A stretch of DNA of 64,000 bases from Acidimicrobiales bacterium (GCA_028285495.1 JANQPB010000038.1:34161-98160), one strand, 5' to 3'; numbered from the stretch's first letter, positions 36,727-49,664 are shown. Notes: generated from the letters alone by a model not told the origin. Translations and numbers: made by a program.

Positions 36727-39396
36727 TCAGCCGGAGCCGTTTGCGTCGTCGCCGGTTCCACCGTCGCCCGGGGTGTCACCGTTGTCGGATTGCACGTCGC
36801 CGTTGGCGGCCGCAGCGTCGGCGATATCACCGGTGACGTGGCTCGCCGAGCCTCCACCGGAATCGCCGGGCGCCACATCGGAGGGATCGGTGGCGTCGGA
36901 ACGGTCGTCGTCCTCGTCGACCACGAACAGGCGGGCCAGCGCCGCCACCCGCTCGCCGTCGCCGAGGCTCATCACCGTGACCCCGGTGGCGTCACGGCCC
37001 TGGATCGAGATGTCGTCGACCATCGTGCGGATGATCACCCCGCCGGACGACACGAGCATGATCTCGTCGTCGGGGGCGACGAACATCGCGCCGATGACCT
37101 CGCCCTTGCGCTCGTTGACGCCGATGGCCCGAACGCCGAGCCCCGACCGCTTCTTGCGCGAGAACTGATCCGGCCCGACCCGCTTGCCGAAGCCCTCGCT
37201 GGTCACGACGAGGAACTCGGTGCCCTCGGCCTCGGAGAACACGTCGCAGCTGACGAGGGCATCGCCCTCGCGGAACTTCATGCCGACCACACCGGCCGCC
37301 GTCCGCCCCATCGGTCGCACGTCCTGCTCGGAGAACCGCAGCGCCTGACCACGGCGGGAGGTGAGGAAGATGTCGTCCTCGCCGTTGGTCGGCACCACCG
37401 AGACCAGCTCGTCACCGTCGTTGAGCTTGATGGCGATCAGGCCGGCCTTGAGCGACGAGTCGTAGGCGGTGAACAGCGTCTTCTTCACCCGGCCCTGGCG
37501 GGTGGCGAAGAAGAGGAACCGGTTGGTCTCGTAGTCGCGGGTGTCGATGATCGTCTGGATCGCCTCGTCACCCTCGAGCGGCAGCAGGTTGACCAGCGCC
37601 GTACCCCGCGAGGTCCGCCCGGTGACCGGGATCTCGTGGGCCTTGATCCGGTACACCCGACCGCGGTTGGAGAAGAACAGCAGGTAGGCGTGGGCCGACG
37701 TGTGCAGCAGCTGGGTGACGAGATCGTCGTCGTCGTCCTTCAGCTTGGCTGCGCTGACCCCCCGTCCGCCGCGACCCTGGGTGCGGAACTCCTCGGCCGA
37801 CACCGACTTGATGTACCCGCTCGACGACAGCGTGACCACGAGGTCCTCGTCGTCGATCAGGTCCTCGATGTCGAGCTCGCCGGGGTCGGGCACCAGCTCG
37901 GTCTGCCGGGGGGTGGCGTGCTCGGCGGCGATGGCCGCCATCTCCTCCTTGATGACCGCGTCGAGCTTGGCCGGATCGGCCAGCAGGCCCTCCAGGTACT
38001 CGATCGTCTGGCGCAGCTCGGCCAGCTCCTCCTCGAGCTCGATGCGGGCCAGCCGGGTGAGGCGGCCGAGCGGCAGGTCGAGGATGAAGTTGGCCTGCAC
38101 CTGCGAGAACTCGAACGGCTCCGCCATCAGGGCCTCGCGGGCCGCCGGACGATCCTCGGACGCCCGGATGGTGGCGATGATCTCGTCGATGACGTCGAGC
38201 GCCTTGATGAGTCCCTCGAGGATGTGGGCCCGGTCGTTGGCCTTGCGCAGCCGCTCCTCGCTCCGACGGCGGAGCACGTCACGCTGGTGCTCGACGTAGG
38301 CGACGAGCAGCTCCCGCAGGTTCAGGGTGCGGGGCACGCCGTCGACGAGGGCCACCATGTTGACCGAGAACGTCGACTGCATCGGCGTGTGCTTGTAGAG
38401 GTTGTTGAGCACGACCAGGGCGTTGGCGTCACGCTTCAGCTCGAACACCAGCCGCAGCTTGCCCTTGGCCGACTCGTTGCGGATCTCCCGGATGCCGGTG
38501 ACGTCGCCCCGCTCGACCAGCTCGGCGGTCTTGCGGGCGATCTGGTCGACCGACGTCTGGTACGGGACCTCGGTGACCACGATCTGGTGGCCGCCGGTGC
38601 GGGTCTCGACGATCTCGGCCACCGCCCGCATCCGCACCGAGCCACGCCCGGTCCGGTAGGCGTCACGGATGCCGACCCGCCCGAGGATCTGAGCCCGGGT
38701 GGGGAAGTCGGGACCCTTGACGAACTCCATCAGCTCGTCCGGCGTCGAGTCGGGGTTGTCGATCAGGTGGATGGCGGCGTCGACCGTCTCCTGCAGGTTG
38801 TGGGGCGGGATGTTGGTGGCCATCCCGACCGCGATGCCCTGCGAGCCGTTGACCAGCAGGTTGGGGAACCGGGCCGGCAGGACCTCGGGCTCGGAGTGCT
38901 TGCCGTCGAAGTTGGGGGCGAAGTCGACGGTGTCCTCGTCGATGTCGGCCAGCAGCTCCATGGCCAGGCTGGTCAACCGGCACTCGGTGTAGCGGTAGGC
39001 GGCCGGCGGATCGTCTGGCGAGCCGAAGTTGCCGTGGGGGTCGATCAGCGTGTGCCGGAGCGAGAAGTCCTGACCCATGCGGACCAGCGAGTCGTAGATC
39101 GCGGTGTCGCCGTGGGGGTGGTACTTGCCGATGACGTCGCCGACGACGGTGGCGCACTTGACGTGGCCACGGTCGGGACGGTGCCCGGCGTCGAACATCG
39201 ACCAGAGGATCCGGCGGTGGACCGGCTTGAGCCCGTCGCGGGCGTCTGGCAGGGCCCGGGCGATGATGACCGACATCGCATACTCGAGAAAGGACTGCTC
39301 CATCTCGTTCTGGATCTCGATCGGCTCGACACTGTCGTCGGGGCCACGGTCGGGCTGGTCACCCTCCTCCTCGGTTGGAGGCGCCTGATCGCTCAT
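36727..39396 (-). CDS. gyrA: DNA gyrase subunit A
   Basis: [38 protein letters not shown] active-site Tyr region, and C-terminal beta-pinwheel repeats with an acidic tail. Confidence 0.97.
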   Translation of the reverse strand: MSDQAPPTEEEGDQPDRGPDDSVEPIEIQNEMEQSFLEYAMSVIIARALPDARDGLKPVHRRILWSMFDAGHRPDRGHVKCATVVGDVIGKYHPHGDTAIYDSLVRMGQDFSLRHTLIDPHGNFGSPDDPPAAYRYTECRLTSLAMELLADIDEDTVDFAPNFDGKHSEPEVLPARFPNLLVNGSQGIAVGMATNIPPHNLQETVDAAIHLIDNPDSTPDELMEFVKGPDFPTRAQILGRVGIRDAYRTGRGSVRMRAVAEIVETRTGGHQIVVTEVPYQTSVDQIARKTAELVERGDVTGIREIRNESAKGKLRLVFELKRDANALVVLNNLYKHTPMQSTFSVNMVALVDGVPRTLNLRELLVAYVEHQRDVLRRRSEERLRKANDRAHILEGLIKALDVIDEIIATIRASEDRPAAREALMAEPFEFSQVQANFILDLPLGRLTRLARIELEEELAELRQTIEYLEGLLADPAKLDAVIKEEMAAIAAEHATPRQTELVPDPGELDIEDLIDDEDLVVTLSSSGYIKSVSAEEFRTQGRGGRGVSAAKLKDDDDDLVTQLLHTSAHAYLLFFSNRGRVYRIKAHEIPVTGRTSRGTALVNLLPLEGDEAIQTIIDTRDYETNRFLFFATRQGRVKKTLFTAYDSSLKAGLIAIKLNDGDELVSVVPTNGEDDIFLTSRRGQALRFSEQDVRPMGRTAAGVVGMKFREGDALVSCDVFSEAEGTEFLVVTSEGFGKRVGPDQFSRKKRSGLGVRAIGVNERKGEVIGAMFVAPDDEIMLVSSGGVIIRTMVDDISIQGRDATGVTVMSLGDGERVAALARLFVVDEDDDRSDATDPSDVAPGDSGGGSASHVTGDIADAAAANGDVQSDNGDTPGDGGTGDDANGSG

Positions 39397-39727
39397 GTGC
39401 AGCTGCCAAGTGGTCGGTTCGGCACCTTCCTAGTGTACCGGCGAGACGCTCCGGTCAGCCGCAACGGCCCACCCTGCATCAGCGGAGACGGGCGGCGGCC
39501 CGGCGCGCAGACTGTTCGGTATCTGGGCTCGCGGGGCGCCGTCTGGTTCGAGACACGCCGCCGAGACCCGTCGATCGCAGCCAGGAAGCCACCGACCCAT
39601 GCCGCACCAGGGCGACCACCCGACCACGCTCCACCGTCTCGACGCCGGAGCCCCGCACGAGCCGGTACAGCGTCGGCCCCGCCCAAGCCGACAACCGGCG
39701 GACCGATCGAACCGACCGCAGTTCGGT

Positions 39728-40033
39728 GTGGTTGCGCCGGCGCCGCCGACCAGGTCGCTGGTCCTGACCGCCCTGGCGGCGTGCTGCTTCCTGGCCGGCG
39801 GTCTCGCCAGCTATGCCGTTCCCGATGTCAGCAGCCCGCTCCAGATCGCGGGGAGCGCGACCATGTTGCTGAACGTGGCCGCCTCCTCCGGGCTGCGGCT
39901 GCAGCTGGTGCGCCGACCGGTCGGCGGCCGGCACGGCTGGCGGCGGACGCTCGTCCGGCCGGCGCCCGCCGGCGTTCTGGACCGTGATCCTGCCCGTTTC
40001 CGAGCAGACCTGCAGCCACAACGAGGAGGGTGA
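39728..40033 (+). CDS. Possible small membrane protein encoded antisense in the gyrB-gyrA spacer
   Basis: Part of ORF 39599..40033, from the GTG at 39728. Two hydrophobic segments (SLVLTALAACCFLAGGLASYAV, IAGSATMLLNVAASSGL). Third-position G/C bias is strong only in the first ~70 codons. Confidence 0.3.
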   Translation: MVAPAPPTRSLVLTALAACCFLAGGLASYAVPDVSSPLQIAGSATMLLNVAASSGLRLQLVRRPVGGRHGWRRTLVRPAPAGVLDRDPARFRADLQPQRGG

Positions 40034-40047
40034 CCGTCCCCTCGGCG

Positions 40048-42129
<2,082 letters not shown>

Positions 42130-42249
42130 CTATCCAGTCTAGCAGTTCCGACCACGCCAACCGACGGAGGCCCCGGTCCTGGGCGACGGCCGAAGCCCGC
42201 TCGGCAAGCGGAGTTTTGGTGGCGACGACCGCTCGACACGGGCGTGGGC

Positions 42250-42618
42250 TCAGCGGTCGACCCTGGTCCGGACCCGCTCGAGCTGACCCGCCCCGAACAC
42301 CTCGTCGAACCGATCGCGGACCTGGGCCTCCATCCACGACACCTGGGCGGCGACGGCCCCGTCCGAACAGGCGACGGTGAGCGTGCCGTCGACCAGCTCG
42401 ACCGGGCGGGTCACCTCGGCCAGCGCCGGACCGACCAGATCGGGCCACCGCTCCCCCAGCCGGGTCAGGATCGAAACCGGCGGCGCGCCGAGGTTGCGAA
42501 CGAGCTGCTCCAGCGGCTCCTTCAGCCGGCTCGGCTCCGGCGAAGCGGCGAGGCGGGCGCGCAGGTCGTCGTCGTCCTCGTCGTCGCGTCCGTCGAACCG
42601 CCGGGGCATCGTCGTCAC
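42250..42618 (-). CDS. DUF721-domain protein (Rv0004/DciA-like position)
   Basis: Its GTG overlaps the recF stop (GTGA). The conserved recF-DUF721-gyrB order and the LGERWPDLVGPALAEVTRPVELVDGTLTV segment are typical of DUF721. Confidence 0.75.
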   Translation of the reverse strand: MTTMPRRFDGRDDEDDDDLRARLAASPEPSRLKEPLEQLVRNLGAPPVSILTRLGERWPDLVGPALAEVTRPVELVDGTLTVACSDGAVAAQVSWMEAQVRDRFDEVFGAGQLERVRTRVDR

Positions 42619-43736
42619 TCCTCGACCGTCGACGACGACCCTCCGCCGTCAGGCGGGGCCGAGCGAGACGCGCCGTCGTCGGCGCCGAAGCGGAGGAGGC
42701 GGTCGGGCACGGCGTCCGACGGCAGGTCCGACGCCGACGTGATCACCGTCTGGCCGGGCGGCAGGTTGCTCAGCAGGGCGGTCGAGCGGTCGGGATCGAG
42801 CTCGGACAGCACGTCGTCGAGCAGGAGCAGCGGCGGCTCGCCGACGACGTCGGTCACCAGCAGGTGCCCGGCCAGCCGGAGGGCCAGGGCCAACGTGCGC
42901 TGCTCCCCCTGGGAGGCCTCGGTCCTGGCCGAGAGCCCGTCGAGAGTCAGCACCAGCTCGTCGCGGTGCGGGCCGACCGACGTCACCCCACGACGCACGT
43001 CGGTGTCGCGCTCGGCCAGCAGTGCCTGGGCCAGCGTCGGCTGCGACCACGACCGCTCGTAGTGGGCGTCGACCGGGACCGGCTTGCCGGCCAGCAGCTC
43101 GTAGGCCCGCTCGATGTGGGGCAGGATCTGGGTCGCCAACTCCTGGCGGCGCTCGGTCACCACACCGCCGATCTCGGCCAGCTTGGCGTCCCACACCTCC
43201 AGGGTGGCCTCGCTGCCCTCGTCGAGCCGCCCGTGCGACTGACGGAGCAGTGCGTTGCGCTGTCGGACGACCCGGTCGAGGTCTCGCAGCTCGGCATCGA
43301 AGCGAGGATCGACCGCAACGGCCACGTCGTCGAGGTAGCCGCGGCGCAGCGCGGGACCCTCCTTCACGAGGGCCAGGTCGTCGGGGGCGAACACCGTGAT
43401 CCGCAGCGCCCCGAGCAGATCACGGGCCCGCTGCAGGCGCTGCCGATTGACCTGGGCCCTGGTCCGCTTGGCCCCCAGCTCCAGCTCGATCAGGACTTCA
43501 CGATCGTCGCGGACCCCCTCGGCCCGGACCACCGCCCGCTCGGCCCCCCGCCGGATCAGGCTGTCGGTCGGCGCCCCGCGGAACGACTTCAGCGTGGCCA
43601 GCAGACCGATCGCCTCGAGCAGGTTGGTCTTGCCGACCCCGTTCGGGCCGACGATGGCCGTCAGGCCATCGTGGAGGGTGAGCTCCAGCTCGGTGTAGCT
43701 GCGGAAGTCGCTGAGCCAGAGCCGGGAGATGCGCAC
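42615..43736 (-). CDS. recF: DNA replication/repair protein RecF
   Basis: MRISRLWLSDFRSYTELEL...GPNGVGKTNLLEAI Walker A, signature SQGEQRTLALALRLA, Walker B LLLDDVLSELD. Confidence 0.95.
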   Translation of the reverse strand: MRISRLWLSDFRSYTELELTLHDGLTAIVGPNGVGKTNLLEAIGLLATLKSFRGAPTDSLIRRGAERAVVRAEGVRDDREVLIELELGAKRTRAQVNRQRLQRARDLLGALRITVFAPDDLALVKEGPALRRGYLDDVAVAVDPRFDAELRDLDRVVRQRNALLRQSHGRLDEGSEATLEVWDAKLAEIGGVVTERRQELATQILPHIERAYELLAGKPVPVDAHYERSWSQPTLAQALLAERDTDVRRGVTSVGPHRDELVLTLDGLSARTEASQGEQRTLALALRLAGHLLVTDVVGEPPLLLLDDVLSELDPDRSTALLSNLPPGQTVITSASDLPSDAVPDRLLRFGADDGASRSAPPDGGGSSSTVEE

Positions 43737-43784
43737 GGACGGGGCCGGTTGGGCGACGCGGCGAGCGAGCCAGACCCGGGCGGG

Positions 43785-44876
43785 TCAGGACACCCGGACC
43801 GGCATGATCAGGTACAGGAAGTCCTCGGCGTCGACGCCGCGAACCACCGCCGGCTTCAGCTCGTCGATCGTGGCCAGGGTGATCCGGTCGCCCGAGGCGA
43901 CCTCGATGCCCTCCATCAGGAACTGGGGATTGAAGGCGACGGTGAGATCCGACCCCTCGTAGGCACCCTCGACGCTCTCCCTCGCGGTGCCGACGTCCTG
44001 GGTGATGGCCACCAGCTCGACGCCGCCGTCGGCGATCTCCAGCCGGATCGGCGTCGACTCGCGGGCGAGCAGCCGAACCCGGCGAAGCGCGTCGAGCAGC
44101 TCACCCCGGTCGACGGAGAGGGTGTTGGGATGCGAGTCGGGGATCAGGCCGCGATAGTTCGGGAAGTCGCCCTCGATCAGGCGGGTGACCAGCCGGACGT
44201 CGCCGACGGTGAAGCTGGCCTCGCGCTCGCCCAGCCGCAGCTCGACGGTCTCGCCCTGGCCGAGGATCCGGTTGAGCTCGCCGAGGGCCCGCGACGGGAT
44301 CAGCACGCTCTGGCCCTCGTCGAGCACCGAGACCCCGGCGACGTCACGCATGGCCAGCCGGAACGAGTCGGTGGCGACCAGGCGGAGCCCGCCGGACTCG
44401 GCCGCCAGCAGCACGCCGGTCAGGATCGGTCGGGAGTCGTCGCCGCTGGCCGCGGGCACGACCTGCTTGAGCGCCTCGGCCAACTGGGCCGAGGCCAACG
44501 ACACCGACTCGGGACTGGGCTCGGCCTGCTGGGGGAACTCGTCGCCGGCGATGAGGCGGATGCTGAACTCGGAGCGACCGGAGGCGATGCTGAGCGATTC
44601 GTCTGCCGCGGCGAACGACACGGCACCGGGCTGCAGGGCCCGCACGATGTCGGTGGCCAGCCGGGCCGGGATGACGGCGACCCCGTCCGATTCACCCGAG
44701 ACGGTGACCGTGATCGAGATCGTGAGGTCGAGATCGCTCCCGGTCAGGGTGAGGGCATCGCCGGCCAGCTCGGCCCGAACGCCGGACAGACCGGGCATGC
44801 CGCCCCGCCCGCTCACGGCCCGCCCGGCGATGCCGAGCGCCTCGACGATGACGTCTCTTTCGCAACGGAACTTCAT
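43785..44876 (-). CDS. dnaN: DNA polymerase III beta sliding clamp
   Basis: MKFRCERDVIVEAL..., three-domain clamp length (363 aa), position between dnaA and recF. Confidence 0.95.
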   Translation of the reverse strand: MKFRCERDVIVEALGIAGRAVSGRGGMPGLSGVRAELAGDALTLTGSDLDLTISITVTVSGESDGVAVIPARLATDIVRALQPGAVSFAAADESLSIASGRSEFSIRLIAGDEFPQQAEPSPESVSLASAQLAEALKQVVPAASGDDSRPILTGVLLAAESGGLRLVATDSFRLAMRDVAGVSVLDEGQSVLIPSRALGELNRILGQGETVELRLGEREASFTVGDVRLVTRLIEGDFPNYRGLIPDSHPNTLSVDRGELLDALRRVRLLARESTPIRLEIADGGVELVAITQDVGTARESVEGAYEGSDLTVAFNPQFLMEGIEVASGDRITLATIDELKPAVVRGVDAEDFLYLIMPVRVS

Positions 44877-45281
44877 GGCGACACTCTCACATTGGGGGTG
44901 GCAAGTTGGGGGGTGGCGGCTGGTCAGCCGGGCCGGTGGATCGGGGAGGCTCCAAGCACGCTAACCATGCCCGGAAACGGACGGGGTGACAAGTGGTCTC
45001 GGGAAGGTCCCGAAGCGGGTTGTCCGCAACCAAGACTCGTGGGTGTATTCAGATCGGAGGTAGGGGTAGTAGGGCTGTGGATTGTGGATGGACCGGCGTT
45101 TCGCCTGGTCAGGGCCGGTTTCGTCATCCAGAGGGGGTGGTGGTTCGTCCCCAGCGCAATCGATGGCCCGATCGGCGACTGTGGACGATGCCGGCGCCGT
45201 CCACCGGTGCCCGGTGGTGGTGCACAGGGGAATGCACAGTCACCTGCACCGGAGCTCCACACGACCGGCCGAGGTTTTCCA
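44877..45281. other. Candidate oriC (DnaA-box cluster in the dnaA-dnaN intergenic region)
   Basis: Boxes read by eye: TGTGGATTGTGGATGG (two overlapping, 45076..45091), TGTGGACGA (45180..45188), TTGTCCGCA (45020..45028), TTTTCCACT (45275..45283). This is the typical actinobacterial oriC location. Confidence 0.7.
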
Positions 45282-46769
45282 CTAGATATCCCCAGCATGT
45301 GCTTGGCTGCGAACGGCCTTGTCGAGCGCCATCACGTGGTTGTAGATCTGCGACCGCTCCTTCATGAGGGCCGAGATCTTGTCGCAGGCGTGCATGACGG
45401 TGGTGTGATCTCGGCCGCCGAACTCGCGGGCGATCAGCGGGAAGGAGAGGTCGGTCAGCTCTCGGGTGACGTACATCGCCATCTGGCGGGCGATCACCAG
45501 TGGCCGGCGCCGTGACTTGCCGATCAGCTCCTCCTTGGAGAACCCGAACTGGTCGACGGTGGCGTCGAGGATCATGTCGACCGTGATCGGTCGGGGCTGG
45601 CGATCGGCGATGAAGTCGCCGAGCACCTGCTGGGCCAGTGCGGTGGTCATCGGCTCGCCGTTGAGCTTGGCGAAGGCCGTCACCTTGTTCAACGCGCCCT
45701 CGAGCTCACGGATGTTGTTGGTGATGTTGGCGGCGATGAACTCGGAGACGTCGTTCGGCAGGTTGATCTGCTCTCGATCGGCCTTCTTGCGCAGGATCGC
45801 CATCCTGGTCTCGATGTCGGGCGGCTGGATGTCGGTCAGCAGCCCCATCATGAATCGGCTCTTGAGCCGCTCCTCGAGCGTCGGGATGGCGTCTGGCGGG
45901 CGATCGGACGACAGCACGATCTGCCGGTTGGCCCCGTACAGGTCGTTGAAGGTGTGGAACAGCTCCTCCTGGAGCCGGTCCTTGCCCTCGATGAACTGGA
46001 TGTCGTCGACCAGGAGCACGTCGATCTGGCGGTAGCGACGCTTGAAGTCGTTGCCGGACGAGTTCCTGATCGAGTCGACGAACTCGTTGAGGAAGGTCTC
46101 GGTGGAGACGTACAGCACCTTGCGCTGGGGCTCGACCTCGTTGATGAAGTGCTCGATGGCCCGCAGGATGTGCGTCTTGCCGAGCCCGGCCGACCCGTAG
46201 ATGAACAGCGGGTTGTAGGACCCGCCTGGTCGCTCGGCCACCGACAGGGCGGCGGCGATGGCGAACCGGTTGGACGGGCCGGTGACGAAGCTCTTGAACG
46301 TGTAGCGGTTGGTCTGGTCGCCGTCGAGCGGCGCATCGATGCCGGCCCCGCGACGGCCCTGATCGTGGTGGGTGGGCCCGTCACCGCCGTTGCCGCCGTC
46401 GAGGCCGAGATCGTCGAGCAGCGCCCCGGTGGTGGTGGTCGTCGAGCCGGTGGCGACGCCGGCCAGCGTGCCGTTCGGCTCGCCGGTCAGGTCGATCGTG
46501 TCGGCGTCGAACAGGGTCGGCTCGACCAGGTGGAAGTCGAGGCGGAGCTCGCGGCCGGCGGCCTCGTTGACCGCATCCTCGACGAGGGGTCGATAGCGTC
46601 CGTCGAGCCGATCACGGATGATGCCGTTCGGCAGGGCCAGGGTGAAGGTGTCGTCGCTCAGGTCGAGCGGGGAAACCTGGGCGAAGGTGCTCTGCCAGAC
46701 GCCGTCCGACACCTGGCTGCGCAGCAGCTCGGCGGCGGTGATCCAGAGCTCGTCGGCCGCTAGTGCCAC
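45282..46769 (-). CDS. dnaA: Chromosomal replication initiator DnaA
   Basis: ORF 45282..47102 trimmed to the GTG at 46769, so the perfect DnaA box at 47000 stays outside the CDS. AAA+ motifs GSAGLGKTHIL and LLVDDIQF, and a C-terminal DnaA signature region (IAREFGGRDHTTVMHA). Confidence 0.95.
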   Translation of the reverse strand: MALAADELWITAAELLRSQVSDGVWQSTFAQVSPLDLSDDTFTLALPNGIIRDRLDGRYRPLVEDAVNEAAGRELRLDFHLVEPTLFDADTIDLTGEPNGTLAGVATGSTTTTTGALLDDLGLDGGNGGDGPTHHDQGRRGAGIDAPLDGDQTNRYTFKSFVTGPSNRFAIAAALSVAERPGGSYNPLFIYGSAGLGKTHILRAIEHFINEVEPQRKVLYVSTETFLNEFVDSIRNSSGNDFKRRYRQIDVLLVDDIQFIEGKDRLQEELFHTFNDLYGANRQIVLSSDRPPDAIPTLEERLKSRFMMGLLTDIQPPDIETRMAILRKKADREQINLPNDVSEFIAANITNNIRELEGALNKVTAFAKLNGEPMTTALAQQVLGDFIADRQPRPITVDMILDATVDQFGFSKEELIGKSRRRPLVIARQMAMYVTRELTDLSFPLIAREFGGRDHTTVMHACDKISALMKERSQIYNHVMALDKAVRSQAHAGDI

Positions 46770-46999
46770 GGCGCCACCCCGGTGCTCCGCCGGTTGACCG
46801 GCTCGATCCGGGGCCGGTGGTGGACGCCGGTGGCACCGGGTGCGGCGAAGCGGATTGTGGTTGGTTGACTGGACGCTGACATCGACCGGGTGTTGAGAAC
46901 GGGGTTGCAGAGACGGTGTGGAGAGGCCGGAGGCCGCCGTCATCCGGAACCGGGGATTCGTGCCACGGACCGGGGCCTTTCTCCCCAGTTCCCACAGAT

Positions 47000-47008
47000 T
47001 TATCCACA
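47000..47008. promoter_or_regulatory. Perfect consensus DnaA box TTATCCACA in the dnaA/rpmH divergent promoter region
   Basis: Read directly. Weaker boxes nearby are TTCCCACA (46989..46996) and TGTGGAAAA (47173..47181). Confidence 0.7.
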
Positions 47009-47449
47009 GATGCCAAAAAGGCGAAGCTACGTGACCCCGGTTGCCGTGTGACAACCTGGCCCCGATCGCCCGCAGTCCCTTCCTAGCATGCACCCAACCC
47101 ATCGAAGTCGTCGTGGGTCGTTCGCTGAGTCGGTCACGCTAGCAGCGACCGCGGCCGGCCTCCACCCGCGTCTGTGGAAAAGATCGCGTGGAGCCAGCCG
47201 AACCATGGAGAGCGCGAGGTTCGGCCACCGCGGGTGGCACCGCAGCGACCGAACGTTAGCCTTGACCCGTAGCGGCGTGGTGCATGGTGCCGTGATTCGG
47301 TCACCACCCCACGTCCGACACCCACGAGCCCTCTCCCCCGCTTGCCATCGGCCGCCGGCCGAGCCGGGTCGAGCCCGGAGAGGCTGGGCCTGCGGTGCCG
47401 CGATCCGGCCGAGGCCCGACACGACACCCGAGCGACCGGAGATGGTCCC

Positions 47450-47584
47450 GTGAAACGAACCTTTCAGCCCAACAACCTGAAGCGAGCCCGCAAGCACGGG
47501 TTCCGGGCCCGGGCCTCGACCCGCGCCGGTCGGGCCGTGCTCAAGGCCCGCAGGGCCAAGGGCCGCCATCGCCTGAGTGCGTGA
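47450..47584 (+). CDS. rpmH: 50S ribosomal protein L34
   Basis: GTG at 47450 gives [44 protein letters not shown], the L34 sequence. Confidence 0.92.
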   Translation: MKRTFQPNNLKRARKHGFRARASTRAGRAVLKARRAKGRHRLSA

Positions 47585-47973
47585 TCTCGTCGGTCGAACG
47601 CCGTCGTACGTTCGCCGACTTCCGACGTGAGGGCCTCCGGGTCCGTCACGGTGTGGTCCGGCTGAACCACCTGCCGCCCGAGCGGCTCGGCGCCGACGCG
47701 CCGGGCCCACAGGTCGCGTTTGCCATCAGCCGGGCGTTCGGCAACGCCGTCGCCCGCAACCGGGGCCGACGCCGCCTCCGGGCCGCGTTCGTCGACGCCT
47801 GGCAGCGACTCACCCCCGAGCGCTCCGGGCGGCTGGCCGGCGCCTTCCTCGTCGGTGCCTCACCCGTCGCCCTGGTCGCTCCCTACCGTCAGCTCGTCGC
47901 CGACATCGAGTCGTGCTTCGACGAGCTGGTCGACCGGCTCGACCCCGTCGACCCGGCCGGCGTCGGACGATGA
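47581..47973 (+). CDS. rnpA: Ribonuclease P protein component
   Basis: Its GTG overlaps the rpmH stop. [12 protein letters not shown] and [23 protein letters not shown] (RNR motif). Confidence 0.85.
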   Translation: MISSVERRRTFADFRREGLRVRHGVVRLNHLPPERLGADAPGPQVAFAISRAFGNAVARNRGRRRLRAAFVDAWQRLTPERSGRLAGAFLVGASPVALVAPYRQLVADIESCFDELVDRLDPVDPAGVGR

Positions 47974-48374
47974 CGGCCAGCCTGCCCGCCGTCGACGCCG
48001 ATCCGGGAGAGCCGGGCGTCGGGTCGGGCGGTCAGGCTGGCGACGCGCCCCGCCGTGGTCCGATCACCCGGGCTGCCCTCAAGGCCATCGAGCTGTACCG
48101 GCTGACCTCGGTCGCTCGCATGCCGCGCTGCCGGTACATCCCCACCTGCTCGGCCTATACCGCCGAAGCGATCGAGGTCCATGGCCTCGGCCGGGGGATC
48201 TGGCTCGGTCTGCGCCGCCTGAGCCGCTGCCACCCGTTCGGCTCGTTCGGCTTCGACCCGGTTCCCCAGCCGGGCGAGCGCCGTCGCCGCAACCACGATC
48301 ACACCTGCCACGTTCACCAGCACCCGCCCGAGCAGGTCGCGCCCGCCCCCGGCGACGAGCCCGAGAGGACCTGA
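47970..48374 (+). CDS. yidD: Membrane protein insertion efficiency factor YidD (with C-terminal extension)
   Basis: ATG at 47970 overlaps the rnpA stop. [48 protein letters not shown]. Confidence 0.85.
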   Translation: MTASLPAVDADPGEPGVGSGGQAGDAPRRGPITRAALKAIELYRLTSVARMPRCRYIPTCSAYTAEAIEVHGLGRGIWLGLRRLSRCHPFGSFGFDPVPQPGERRRRNHDHTCHVHQHPPEQVAPAPGDEPERT

Positions 48375-48377
48375 GCC

Positions 48378-49664
48378 ATGTTCACCCAGATCACCGACGT
48401 CAGCCTCGAAGCCGTCTCGGCCCTCCTCGCCTTCTTCTACTCGCTTCCGGTCGTCGGTGGCTCCTATGGCGTCGCCATCATCCTGCTCACCTTCGCGGTG
48501 ATGGTCCTGCTGATGCCGTTGACCCTGAAGGCGACCCGTTCGACCATCAAGATGACCCAGCTCCAGCCCGAGCTGAAGGCGCTGCAGAAGAAGTACAAGG
48601 GCAGCGACGACCGTCAGGCCATGAACCAGGAGATGATGGCCCTCTACCAGGCCAACGGCGTCAACCCGGTCGGCGGCTGCCTGCCGATGCTGGCCCAGCT
48701 CCCGGTCTTCCTGCTGCTGTTCAACGTGCTGCGGGGACTGTCGCGGCGGGTGTCCGATCTGCCCTACTACACGCTGTCGCAGCGGGCCCAGGAGCTCAGT
48801 ACCGGCATCACCGCCGATCCGGCCGACGCCGAGAAGTTCGACCCGCAATACCTCGACAAGGACTCCGAGCTCTACGTGAGCCTGTCGGAGCAGACCGAGA
48901 TCGGGTTCGGTCCCTTCGACCTGTCGGCCAGGGCGTGGGACGTCCTGCTCGACAACGTCTTCACCTCGATCCCCTACCTGCTGCTCATCCTCTTCGTGGT
49001 GCTCTCCTCCTATTACCAGCAGCGGCAGATCTCGTCTCGGCGTGGGGCCGTGCCGGACGACCCGACGCCCCAGCAGCGCACCCAGCAGCAGCTCCTGCGG
49101 ATCCTGCCGCTGATGTCCGGCATCTGGAGCTTCCTGTTCCCGGCCGGCCTCGTCCTCTACTGGGCCACCTCCAACCTGTTCCGGATCGGTCAGCAGTCGT
49201 ACATCACCCGCTCGCTGTACGCCGAGGACGGCGAGGGCACGAAGGCGATGCAGGCCATGGAGGACGCCAAGAAGCGGGAAGCGGAAGAGGACGACGACGC
49301 CGACGCAGCCAAGCCGGGAAGCAGCGGTGCGGGCAGCTCGGGCAAGGGCGGTGGCTCGGGGTCGAAGAACGGGCAGAAGGGTGGCTCGAAGTCGGGTGGG
49401 GGGTCCGGCGGCCGAGCCGGAGGGGGCAAGCGGGCGACGTCCGGCGCCAATGGTGCCGGCAAGGTCAACGGTTCGGGCTCGGGTCGCGATGGCGAGCCGG
49501 TCACGGCCGGCGACCGCAACGAGGCCTGGGCTCGACGCCGAGCCGAGCGGGCCAAGACCAAGCCGAGCCGGAAGGCGTCGTCCGGTGGGAGCGGCGCCGC
49601 CAGCAGTCGGGTGACCCCGAAGGGGACCAAGCCGACCGCGGCCAAGAAGAAGCGAAAGAGGTAG
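48378..49664 (+). CDS. yidC: Membrane protein insertase YidC (short Gram-positive type) with Lys/Gly-rich tail
   Basis: GVAIILLTFAVMVLLMPLTLK, NPVGGCLPMLAQLPVFLLLF, LVLYWATSNLFRIGQQ. Confidence 0.9.
   Translation: MFTQITDVSLEAVSALLAFFYSLPVVGGSYGVAIILLTFAVMVLLMPLTLKATRSTIKMTQLQPELKALQKKYKGSDDRQAMNQEMMALYQANGVNPVGGCLPMLAQLPVFLLLFNVLRGLSRRVSDLPYYTLSQRAQELSTGITADPADAEKFDPQYLDKDSELYVSLSEQTEIGFGPFDLSARAWDVLLDNVFTSIPYLLLILFVVLSSYYQQRQISSRRGAVPDDPTPQQRTQQQLLRILPLMSGIWSFLFPAGLVLYWATSNLFRIGQQSYITRSLYAEDGEGTKAMQAMEDAKKREAEEDDDADAAKPGSSGAGSSGKGGGSGSKNGQKGGSKSGGGSGGRAGGGKRATSGANGAGKVNGSGSGRDGEPVTAGDRNEAWARRRAERAKTKPSRKASSGGSGAASSRVTPKGTKPTAAKKKRKR

Noticed and set aside
47342-47449. The longer rpmH ORF starting at 47342 (80 aa), and upstream extensions of dnaA (to 47102), gyrB (to 42126), parA (to 51295) and parB (to 52281).
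   Set aside because: The extensions are Arg/Pro-rich, are not part of the conserved protein families, and in the dnaA case would swallow the DnaA-box promoter region. Internal GTG/ATG starts give canonical N-termini.
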